Below, piece by piece: positions 1 to 10,035 of a DNA stretch of 64,000 bases (positions within the stretch are counted from its first letter, which is position 1; every line of letters begins with the position of its first letter). The notes beneath the pieces are model-generated. The model had not been told where the DNA came from. It saw only the letters and a list, made by a program, of their open reading frames with translations, and searched no databases. Location of the stretch: NCBI GenBank assembly GCA_032128115.1, contig JAQBHB010000031.1, positions 99,113 to 163,112 of the forward strand, written 5' to 3'. A program made the translations under genes and the position numbers. The DNA is from Deltaproteobacteria bacterium (GTDB lineage Bacteria > Myxococcota_A > UBA9160 > SMWR01).

Positions 1-84
1 ACCGGAATCCGGTTCGCCACGCTGATGCGCGTGCTCTGCGAGCGAAACGGCGGCACCTTCGTCGGCCTGTCCCGCGATACCTGA
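1..84 (+). CDS. 3' end of a gene entering the window; probable VWA-domain protein C-terminus
   Basis: Frame 1 reads TGIRFATLMRVLCERNGGTFVGLSRDT-stop; the L..L..xNGG.F ending is typical of VWA domains; converges on the PEGA/FGE gene. Confidence 0.45.
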   Translation, partial: TGIRFATLMRVLCERNGGTFVGLSRDT

Positions 85-107
85 GACGAGAATCCCCTGC
101 GCGGGCG

Positions 108-2515
108 CTATCTGGCGTAACGCGCCACGCGAAATCCCAGGTCGGGCCGCGCACGGGCGCCGTAGTCCCGGTACGAGAAGCGCAGCTCCGTGATCGTGGC
201 GTCCTGCCAGCTGGAGCCCCGGATTACGTGTCGTTCGCCGCCGACGGGGCCGGCAGGATCGATGAGCGACTCCTGGGACCTGCCTGACCCGATCTCGTAG
301 TAGTCGTGGATCCACTCGGCCACGTTGCCACCCAGGTCGTAGGCGCCGAACGCGCTGGCCGAGAAGCTCCCTACGGGCGCCGATACCGGGTAGCCGTCGT
401 CGTAGGTCTCTATCACCCGGTCCAGATCCTTGCGCGCCGAGACATCGGCGAAATTTCCAGAACCGGGCCTGGCGGGCAGCTTCCCGCCCCACGGATACTT
501 GTGCTCCCCCTTGCCGGCATCGTAACGCGCGACCCAGACCCATTCGGCCTCGGTGGGAAGCCGGTAGCCGTTCCGGAGCGGCTCGACGGCCTCGATCCCG
601 CCCGGCCCCTCGATGTACACCGGCTGGAGCGACTCCTTGCGGCTCAACCAGTTGCAGTACTGCGCCGCCCGCTCCCAGGTGAGGTTCACCACCGGGTGCT
701 CGTCGGCGTCGAGGCTGAAGCGGCCGAAGGACCCGGACGAGTGGGCGGGGTCGAACTCACGGTACTCGGCGTTGGTCACCTCCTGCGTGGCGAAGTAGAA
801 GGGGCGATTGAGTTGGACGCTTCGCACCACCTCGTTCGCACGCCGGCCCTGCTCGCGTCGCGCGGCGCCGGTGGTGAACTTGCCATGGGTCACCAGCAGC
901 AGTTCCTGCCCCTGACTCGTGACGATCCGGGGGGCGAGACCCGCGGTGCGTGCCTCATCCAGACTGAGCAGTTGGACCCGGACGCCCTGGGGAAAGCCGG
1001 GGCGCGGCGTCACGCGCGTTCGGAAGGTCTCGTAGCCTTGCTTGCGCACCTCGACCACGTGGGGCACCGCCGAGAGCATGACTTTCTGGTTGGCGCTCCC
1101 TCGCGGCTCGCCGTCCACGAACAGATCTGCGCCACCGGGTCGCGTTGCCACGACCAACTCCCCACTCAGGGGCGTGAGTTTCACCGAGAAGGTCCGCTCC
1201 TCGTCGGGCGCAAGCGTCAGCGCGTGGGTCGCGGACTCATGACCCAGTCTCGAAAGCCGGACGAGGTGGCTCTCTCCGGACGAGAGGAACAGATCCATCG
1301 GGGTGTGGCCCTGGAACTCGCCGTCTACGGTCACGCTGACGCGTTCCGGCACGCTTCGCAGGTGCACCTGACCCTCGGCCGGTCCCAGGGGCACGATCCC
1401 CAGCGACTGGGGCTGGTTGGCCTCGACGAAGAGGGTCTTCTTCCAGGTCTTGCGGCCGGAAAGCCGGAGTTCGAGCTGACGAGAGCCAGCACCCAGGGAG
1501 AACGTCAGCGGCGCCGGGCCCACCTCTTCGCCGTCTACGAACAGGACGGCGCCGGGAGGCTCGGAGTCCAGGGAGATGTTCGCCCAGGCGGGCGCGAGCT
1601 CGATCGCCAGGTGACGTTCGACGCCACCTCCCTCCAGCGTGACGTCGTCGGACCAGGGCAGGTAGCGTTGCGCCGTCACCCGCAGTTGGTGCCGCCCCTC
1701 GCGCACCTCGACACCGGAGAGGGGGGTGAGACCCACTTCTTCACCATCGATCATCACCTGCGCACCGGTCACATCTCCGGTGGTGACGAACAACGATCCG
1801 GGCAGGCGCTGAAGCGTGAGCTCGAAGGTTTCGCTGTCCACGTCGCGCACCACCACGGTCTGCTCGAGCGTGTGATAGCCGGCCTTCTCGGCCACGACGG
1901 TGTACTCGCCGGGCCGCAGCAGGAAGCGTTCGCCCAGGTCGATCCGGAGCAGCCCTCCTCGAACCGAGACCCGGTCCGCCTCGGGCCGCACGTCTACATG
2001 GACCGCCCGCGCGGTGAAGAGGAACCACGCGATCAGGCCGAGTGCAAAAAAAAAGCGGAGATCAGGATCGGCAGGGGCCGGATAGGGAAGTGGCGAGCGC
2101 GTGTGACACCGACCGCACCTTCGTAGGCAACCGGCTCGATCTCTTCCGTCGCCAGCAACGGGACATCCCCGTCCGATTCGCCAGCATGAAGGGGAACCCG
2201 ACTGACGCGAAGCTCCAGCCGGTCGCCGGCAAATTCGCATTGGATCCGAACGTTGCCCACGCGGACTGCGTCGCCGTGGCTGAGCCAGCGCGAGGTCTCG
2301 ATCGGGCGCTCGTTGTGGAAGACTGGTTCGCCGCCGGTGCCCGGCTGGACGAAGGGCTGATCGTCGGAGATCCCGAGCAGGGCCAGGGGCCCCGCGTCGT
2401 CGCGATCCGACACGGGAATCTGCGCGTCGGAGCCCCCGCCCACCATCAGGGGCAGATCCTCGCTGGCGTAGACGCGCTCCTCGTCCTGGTCCCGAACGAT
2501 GATCGTTCGGCTCAA
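108..2515 (-). CDS. FHA-like + TM + multiple PEGA + FGE-sulfatase (SUMF1-fold) membrane protein; one frameshift at A9 run 2046-2054
   Basis: ORF 2033-2515 (FHA-like, LSHGDAVRVG) joins ORF 108-2540 at the homopolymer to give ILISAFFALGLIAWFLF; PEGA repeats (IDGEEVGLTPL, VDGEFQGHTPM); FGE-fold motifs EVTNAEY, RLPTEAEW, DLGGNVAEW, RGSSW, GFRVAR. Confidence 0.85.
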
Positions 2516-4946
2516 ATCTTCTCCTCGCAGCGAACCACAACGGGCTCGGGGGCTTCTCCCGCGCGCAGGGTAATTCGCTTGCGCACGTCCCGATAGCCCT
2601 CCCGGGTGCCTACCACCGTGTAGATCCCTGGACGCAGTTCGAGGCGACGGCTCTCGAAGTTCCCGAGCTTGCCCACCCGATACACGACCACGTCGGTCTG
2701 GAGATCCGACTTCAGATGGATCGTGATGGGCGTTCCGGCGCGCTCCACCGCCAGCTTCGCCGCGGCAATCTGTCGGCTGAGCTCGGGGCCCGGATCCGTC
2801 AGCGTGCCCGCGCGTTCCAGCACGAGCACGGCCTGGTCGAACACCTCGGGCGACGACAGTCGCTCGGGCTGGTTCGCGAAGCGCTGGAGTTCATCGGACA
2901 GCGCCTCCATCTGCCGCGTCCGCGATCGGCCGCGCAGTGCAAAGAGCAGTGCCGGATCCAGGTCCAGGACCGCCTCGTACTGCTCGGCGGCTCCGCCCCA
3001 GCGTTCCTCCCGCTCGAGATCCTCGGCCCGCGTGCGGATGTTTGCGATCTCGCGCAGCCGCCAACCCTGCTGGGCCTGGGTGATGCCTTCGCCCGGCCCG
3101 GGGGCCTGGGGGCGCAGCGCGTGGGCACGTTCGAAGGCGCCGGTGGCGCGATTGAACTCCCCGCGATCGAGTGCCGCGTACCCCTCGGTCATGGCTGCCA
3201 GGTAGTCGATCTCCGCGATCCGGTCCTGCAGCCGCACACGGGCCACGCGCGCGGATTCCACTTCCGGGTCAAGCTCGAGGGCGCGATCGTAGGCCGCAAG
3301 TGCCTGCGCCAGCTCGCCTTCGGCCTCCAGCCGGGCCCCGTCGCGAAGCGCCGCGAACAACTCGTCGGCGCTCTCGGCGCGCTCGAGCCCGCGCCTTGCC
3401 CGGGCGTTCTCCGGGTCGAGGGAGAGCGCCAACTCGAAGCGCTCGATGGCCTCCTCGTCCTCGCCGAGGGTCAGGGCCAGCTCGCCCGCCCGCAACGACT
3501 CCTGCAGAAGGGTTTCGGCCCGGCCGTCCAGGTCTTCGAATCGCTCGAGCGCCGACTCGAAGGCGGCCCGTGCGTCGTTGTACTCGCTGTGGCGCAGGTC
3601 ACCCATGCCGGTCTCGACCCGCAGATTCGCCCCGGCAAAGTCGGCGGCGGCCCACAGGTCCACGTTGCGCGCGGCCACGATGTCCCGCTTCTCGATCGCG
3701 GCCGCGAGTGCCTCCTCGGCCGCGATGCGCTCGCGGGCTCGCGCACCAGCTCGTCCGGAGCCAGGCCCACATGGGGCAGCTCCGAGATCCCCACCCGGCG
3801 AGACGAGCCGGTCGATCCGGTTCCGGTAACGCTGACCCGGAGGTCTCCCGTCGCCGCCAGGGCCTGTTCCCCCACAACCCGCTCCCGCTCGATCCGGCGC
3901 TCGACGGCCCGAGGCAGGAAGTAGAAGACGCCCACGGCGGCCACGAGCAGCGCGGCGAATGCGCCCACGGTGATGTTGCGCAGCATCGAATCACGACCGG
4001 GGCTCGACTCGGGCGCCCTCTCCTGGTGCACCACCGGGGAAAGGCGCACCGCTTCGATGTCGTCCTCCCAGTCCTCGGTCGCGTCGAGGCCGTCGAATGC
4101 CGGGAGCGCCTCCGGGGTCGGCAACGGCGGGAGCCGCCAGGACCCGCCGAGCGAGTCCAGAACGCCCTGCACCTCCTCGAGGCCCGGTCGCTCGGATGCC
4201 GCGTGGGCCAGCATCCGCGACACCAGGATCTCCAGCTCCTCGGGTGCGGGCTCGCCGCCCGAAGCGCGCGGTGTCAGCGGGGGCAGCATGCGCGGCCCGG
4301 TCTCGAGGCCCGTGCCGCGCTCGGATCGGTACGGATGCCGGCCCGAGATCCACTCGAAAAGCAGCACACCGAGGGCGTAGACATCGTCGGCGAGCCCAGG
4401 GGGCTCGCCGGCCAGTCGCTCGGGACTGAAGGCCGCAGTGTCGAGCCGGGCCCGATCGCCAAGAGCCCCGTGGGCCAGCGCCGAGATCCCCAGATCGGCC
4501 AGGAAGGTGGCGCCCGTGGCATCGCAGAGCACGTTCGAGGCCTTCACACCACCGTGGGCGAGACCCTCCCGGTGGGCCACGGCCAGCGCATCCAGGGCCG
4601 GGGACAGCGCGCTCAGGATGCCGCCGGTGGAGCGTCCCCGGAAGCGCGTGAAGTCATCGCCCGCGAAGTAGTCCATGGAGAGCGCGGATCGGCCCTCCAG
4701 ATGAAGCAGCTCGGAGAAGCGCACCAGGCGCGGGTGCACCAGAGCCCGGATGCGGGGCAGCGTCTCGGTCAGCCAGTGGCTCGCCGCAGGCGACGTGAGC
4801 AGGTCCGGATCGAGATGCTTGAGCGCGACCCGGGCTCCGAGAACACGGTCCAGGGCGAGCCAGCACTCGCCGACACTGCCGCAGCCCAATCGATGCTGCA
4901 GTTCATAGCGTTGCGCGAGGAGATGACCTTCGATCCAGTGCGGCAT
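2512..4946 (-). CDS. Ser/Thr kinase-like (pseudokinase) + TM + TPR + PEGA-like C-terminus; one frameshift near 3735-3760
   Basis: LGCGSVG, VALK, HGGVKASN, DLG, SPE, DVYALG; TM helix; the second frame continues ARERIAAEEALAAAIEKRDIVAARNVDLW into TPR repeats (ORF 2512-3678). Confidence 0.8.
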
Positions 4947-4955
4947 GAACGGAAG

Positions 4956-6188
4956 CTAGTTCTGTGGGGCTCCCGCGGCGTCGGTCGCGGAATCCGGCTT
5001 CTCGGGAACTGCAAATCCGGTCTCGGATATGTAGATCTCCCGGAGCAATCGCCTCCAGTTCTGATACTGGGTTTCGGCGGATCCGGTCAGACGCAGCGTC
5101 TGCCCTTCCACTTCGACTACGCGGGGTGCCACATCCGAATCGAAGGAGCGCCCCAGCTCCCGAACGGCCTCGGCATGGATCTGGGTCTCGCTGGTGAGTG
5201 CCCAGCCGCTCCGGGCGGCAAGCGTGCCTCCGGCGATCAACGGACCGGCCAGAATCTCCAGGGGGACCGGCGCCCCCACGGTCATCAGGGCGATGCCTCC
5301 CACGATCGCCAGCACTCCGCCCGCCAATCGCAGGTTGGCCTGGCGCCGGATCTTGCGCAGCGCCGTGACCTCTTCGTACGAGTAGGCGCGCCACTTCAGA
5401 TAAGGGTCTTCCATGCCCAGATAGAAGTCCGCGTAGTGCTCGTTGAGCGTGTCGATGAAGATGTCGTCGCGCTCCCGGATCCTTTCCACCCGCGCCATCA
5501 TCGGGTCGCCCTCGGCGGGCAGGCGCTTGGCGTGAGCACGTCCGTCTTCGTCCACCGCCACGTAGTCGCCGAAGGCTTGCGGCGCGAGATCCGCCGCAAA
5601 ACGCAGCGACGACAGGGTGCGGATTCCGAGGATCTCCTCTGGCAGCAGCTGGCTGCGGGCCTCCAGCATGTCGTTGGCGATGCGGTTGTAGAGATCCTGG
5701 AAGGGATCCCGCTCGCTCCCGGGAATCACCACGTAGGAGCTGGCGTTGACGTCGCCTTCGTACTCTTCGTCGAGCCAACTCCGGCCAGTCGCGTCGAGAA
5801 CCACCACCCGGATCCGCAGCGTCTCGCCGTCCGAACTCACGATCTCTCCGAGCACCTCCACGTCCACCGAGCGCGAGTCGTCCGGAATCAGGCGCACGGC
5901 GCCCCACTGACCCGTCTGCTGCAGGGTGTTCTTCAGGTGATAGGGAATGAAACGCGCCTCGGCCCGACGAACTCCGGCGAAGACCAGGTTGTCCTCGTCT
6001 TCCATCTCCTTTTCGTCGGGAAGCCCGGGATCGAACAGCTCGATACTGATCTCGAGCAGCAGCTCTTCGGGGATCTCGCTCCCGGCCTCGATGATGGGGG
6101 TCGAACCGTGGTGCACGCGTTGAGTGGCGCAGCCCGTTCCGAGCCCCACCAGGACCGAGAGTGCAAGCGCAGCAATAGGACGACTCAT
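4956..6188 (-). CDS. Uncharacterised lipoprotein, 410 aa
   Basis: Lipobox-like signal LGTG-C; internal hydrophobic Gly-rich hairpin; 4-bp overlap with the upstream gene. Confidence 0.8.
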   Translation of the reverse strand: MSRPIAALALSVLVGLGTGCATQRVHHGSTPIIEAGSEIPEELLLEISIELFDPGLPDEKEMEDEDNLVFAGVRRAEARFIPYHLKNTLQQTGQWGAVRLIPDDSRSVDVEVLGEIVSSDGETLRIRVVVLDATGRSWLDEEYEGDVNASSYVVIPGSERDPFQDLYNRIANDMLEARSQLLPEEILGIRTLSSLRFAADLAPQAFGDYVAVDEDGRAHAKRLPAEGDPMMARVERIRERDDIFIDTLNEHYADFYLGMEDPYLKWRAYSYEEVTALRKIRRQANLRLAGGVLAIVGGIALMTVGAPVPLEILAGPLIAGGTLAARSGWALTSETQIHAEAVRELGRSFDSDVAPRVVEVEGQTLRLTGSAETQYQNWRRLLREIYISETGFAVPEKPDSATDAAGAPQN

Positions 6189-7273
6189 TGCACAGTCCTC
6201 GGATTCGAGCTCGAACTCCCCTTGCGTTGGCTCGCGTTCTTGTAGGCGTAGTACTCATCCCAGAGCTTCTGGCGGAGCCCCGGATCCGGCTCGTTCTCGG
6301 CGGCCTCGCGCAGCTGGCGCGCCACGATGTCGTCGTCGTATCCCTCGGATGCGCCGGTCGACGGTGGCGCCCCGGCGGCGCCCTGGCCGCCGCCTCCGAC
6401 CGCGCCTCCCTGGGAGCCGCCGCTGCCTTGCTCGTTCCCACCGGAGCCTTCGCCACCCGACGATCCAGCGCGGGCCGACTCCCCTTCGGAGGCAGGACCG
6501 CCGCCACTGCCCTGGGAGCGCGCGCGCGCCGCCTGGCGATCGGATGCGATGTCCTCGTGCTCCCGCGCCAGGATGCGGTCGAACTCGCCGAGGGCCTTTT
6601 CGAGCTCCTGCTCGCGGAGAACCTGCTCTTCTTCGTAGCTGCGTGCCGTTGCGGAGTCTTCGCCACCCGAGCCGCGGCCTCCCTTGCCGCCGGCGCCGGC
6701 GCCAAACAATCCGTCGTCGCCCCAGACACCCGCGTCCCCCGAGTTCGATTCCCCAGAGGCCCCGTCGCCTGCTTCCCCGCCCTCCTCGCCCATCTGGCCC
6801 GTCTGGCCCGTCACACCGGTCACGCCGGTCTCGCCCGTCACACCGGTCTGGCCCGTCACACCGGTCTGGCCGGAGCCAGTACCAGTGGATGCATCGCCGT
6901 CCGATCCGGGCTCCGATCCCTCGCCTCCGGCGCTTCCCGCGGCCCCGGCCACATCGCCCGACTCGCTTCCCGACGATTCGGAGCCCTCGGCACCGGCGGA
7001 GCCCTCGGAACCCTCGCCTGCTTCGGAGCCCTGGCCCTGCCCCGAGTTCGACGAGGATTCGGAGCCCTGCGCGCCCTGCGACTGCGATTGGGACTGGGAC
7101 TGGGATTGACTCTTGCTGGAGGAAGACGAGCTGCTGCTCGAACTCGAAGGGACCGACGGCATCGAAGAGCTGGAGCTCTCACTCGACGTGGTCGCGCAAC
7201 TCGATCCGAGAAGCGCAGCAGCGCAGAACGTGAGGAGCAGCGTCGGGATCTGGGGGGGCAGTCGCATGGCCAT
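6185..7273 (-). CDS. Low-complexity Ser/Gly/Gln-rich lipoprotein with C-terminal helical module
   Basis: Signal LLGSS-C; poly-Ser, (SQ)n, GQTGVT repeats; C-terminal LEKALGEFDRILARE and DDDIVARQLREAAENEPDPGLRQKLWDEY. Confidence 0.75.
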   Translation of the reverse strand: MAMRLPPQIPTLLLTFCAAALLGSSCATTSSESSSSSMPSVPSSSSSSSSSSSKSQSQSQSQSQSQGAQGSESSSNSGQGQGSEAGEGSEGSAGAEGSESSGSESGDVAGAAGSAGGEGSEPGSDGDASTGTGSGQTGVTGQTGVTGETGVTGVTGQTGQMGEEGGEAGDGASGESNSGDAGVWGDDGLFGAGAGGKGGRGSGGEDSATARSYEEEQVLREQELEKALGEFDRILAREHEDIASDRQAARARSQGSGGGPASEGESARAGSSGGEGSGGNEQGSGGSQGGAVGGGGQGAAGAPPSTGASEGYDDDIVARQLREAAENEPDPGLRQKLWDEYYAYKNASQRKGSSSSNPRTVQ

Positions 7274-7482
7274 GCCCTTCTGCTTGGAGGCGTGCCAGCT
7301 CGAGAAGTCGTTAAAGTAACCGAATTCCCTGGAAAAGTGGTGATTTTGCAATGGGTTGGAAGCTGCGCGCGATCTGCTCACGAGTGAGTTCAGGGAGCAC
7401 ACCGCACTCAACCCCCAGGGGAACCGGGGCGGCACCACCACGTCCCTAGACTCGACCCGGGCCGTTTTCACGGTCGAACAGT

Positions 7483-8169
<687 letters not shown>

Positions 8170-8302
8170 CGGGAAGTCCTCCCTGGAGGTTCCGCTCTCT
8201 GGGCCCCGGCTCTTGGGGCCCCGACTCTGGGCGCCGGAACAGGATACCGGCTTCTCGGGTCGCGCTGCGAGCGCGTATACTGCGCCGCCAGGAGGGCCCC
8301 CC

Positions 8303-9235
8303 ATGCCCTGGACGACCGACGACCTTCCGGACCTGTCGGGCCAGACCCTGGTAGTCACTGGCGGCAACAGCGGCCTGGGACTCCACACGTCGCGCCACTT
8401 CGCCCGCCGCGGCGGTCGGGTGGTGCTGGCGTGCCGCGATCTCTCGAAGGCCAAGACCGTCGTCGAGAGCATCCGGACCGAGCACCCGGACGCCCGGGTG
8501 GAAGCACTCGAACTCGACCTGGCGAACCTGGCATCGGTGCGAGGGTTCGCCGATCGCTTCGGCTCCGAGTACGAACGACTCGATGTGCTCTGCAACAACG
8601 CCGGCGTGATGGCCCTTCCCCACCGGCGCACCGCCGACGGCTTCGAGATGCAGCTCGGCACCAACCATCTGGGACATTTCGCACTCACCGGGTTGCTGAT
8701 CGGGCGCCTGCTCTCGACTCCGGGTGCGCGCGTCGTAACGGTGAGCAGCACTGCGCACAAGGCGGGCCGGATCCGCCTGGACGATCTCCAGCGCGAGCGG
8801 AGCTACGCCCGATGGTCTGCATACGCGCAAAGCAAGCTCGCGAACCTCCACTTCGCGTTCGAGCTGCACAGGCGCCTGGAAGCCCGGGGGCTCGACGTCA
8901 CCAGCGTGGCTTGTCACCCGGGCTACGCCGACACCAACCTGCAGTTCGCCGCCCCGCGCATGCAAGGCTCGACGTTGGGCGAGCGCGCCTTCCAGGTCAT
9001 GAACCGCCTGTTCGCCCAGAGCGCCGAGATGGGGGCGCTCCCCACCCTCTATGCCGCCACCGCGACCGCGGTGCGGGGCGGCGACTACATCGGGCCCGAT
9101 GGCTTCGCCGAGAACCGCGGCCATCCCAAGCGAGTGCGACCCAGCGCCCGCACCCGGGACACGGAGACGGCGGCGCGACTCTGGGCGATCTCCGAGGAGC
9201 TGACAGGCGTTCGTTACGAAGCCCTCGCGGGCTAG
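8303..9235 (+). CDS. SDR oxidoreductase (retinol dehydrogenase-like)
   Basis: [32 protein letters not shown]. Confidence 0.92.
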   Translation: MPWTTDDLPDLSGQTLVVTGGNSGLGLHTSRHFARRGGRVVLACRDLSKAKTVVESIRTEHPDARVEALELDLANLASVRGFADRFGSEYERLDVLCNNAGVMALPHRRTADGFEMQLGTNHLGHFALTGLLIGRLLSTPGARVVTVSSTAHKAGRIRLDDLQRERSYARWSAYAQSKLANLHFAFELHRRLEARGLDVTSVACHPGYADTNLQFAAPRMQGSTLGERAFQVMNRLFAQSAEMGALPTLYAATATAVRGGDYIGPDGFAENRGHPKRVRPSARTRDTETAARLWAISEELTGVRYEALAG

Positions 9236-9243
9236 GCGACGGA

Positions 9244-10017
9244 GTGCGCGTTGCCACCTGGAACGTGAACGGGCTGCGCGCGCGCCTGGAATTCGTGCTG
9301 CTCTGGCTTCGCGAGCGTTCGCCCGACGTGGTGGGCCTGCAGGAGCTGAAGCTGACCGACGACGTGTTTCCCCACGACGCATTCGAAGCCGAGGGCTACC
9401 AGGCGCTCAGCCACGGTCAGAAGAGCTGGAACGGGGTCGCCATCCTGAGCCGCCGCGAGGCCACGCTGACCCGCGTCGGTCTTCCCTGCGGCGAGGACCA
9501 GGGAGCGCGGCTCATCACAGCGCGGGTGGAGGATCTGTCGTTCACGAGCGTCTATTGCCCCAACGGAAAGGATATCCAGCACGCCGATTTCCCGCGCAAA
9601 CTGGCCTGGTTCGACGCCCTGGCCTCGCACCTGGAGGAGCACCACGACGCCGGCCGCGCCACGATCCTGGCTGGAGACTTCAACGTGGTGCCGGGGGCGC
9701 TCGACAGCTGGAATGGAGAGGCGTTCGCCGGGAGGATCTTCCACAGCGACGAAGAACGCGCGCGCCTGTCGCGCATCCTGTCGTGGGGCCTCGTCGACGT
9801 CTACCGCCACATCAACCCCTACACCCAGGCGTTCTCCTGGTGGGACTACCGGGGCGGAGCGTTTCACCGCAAGCAGGGCCTGCGCATCGACTTTCTACTG
9901 GCGACCGCCCCTGCGCTGGCCCGGGTGCGCGCCGTGGAGATCGACCGGGAATACCGCAAAAAACGGGAAGGCCTCACCCCATCGGATCACGCCCCGGTCT
10001 GGGCCGACCTCGGCTGA
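9244..10017 (+). CDS. xth: Exodeoxyribonuclease III
   Basis: ATWNVNG, LQELK, GDFN, FSWWDYR, GLRID, SDHAPV; GTG start. Confidence 0.95.
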   Translation: MRVATWNVNGLRARLEFVLLWLRERSPDVVGLQELKLTDDVFPHDAFEAEGYQALSHGQKSWNGVAILSRREATLTRVGLPCGEDQGARLITARVEDLSFTSVYCPNGKDIQHADFPRKLAWFDALASHLEEHHDAGRATILAGDFNVVPGALDSWNGEAFAGRIFHSDEERARLSRILSWGLVDVYRHINPYTQAFSWWDYRGGAFHRKQGLRIDFLLATAPALARVRAVEIDREYRKKREGLTPSDHAPVWADLG

Positions 10018-10035
10018 GCCTGGGCGACGGCCTTC

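Noticed and set aside
108..900. Formylglycine-generating enzyme serving the window's sulfatases
   Set aside because: The catalytic Cys pair after RGSSW is absent; fold only
7281..7298. TGGCACGCCTCCAAGCA sigma-54-like site upstream of the envelope operon
   Set aside because: GG-GC spacing is 11 rather than 10 and it sits too close to the start codon; it could be affected by an indel but is unsupported as given
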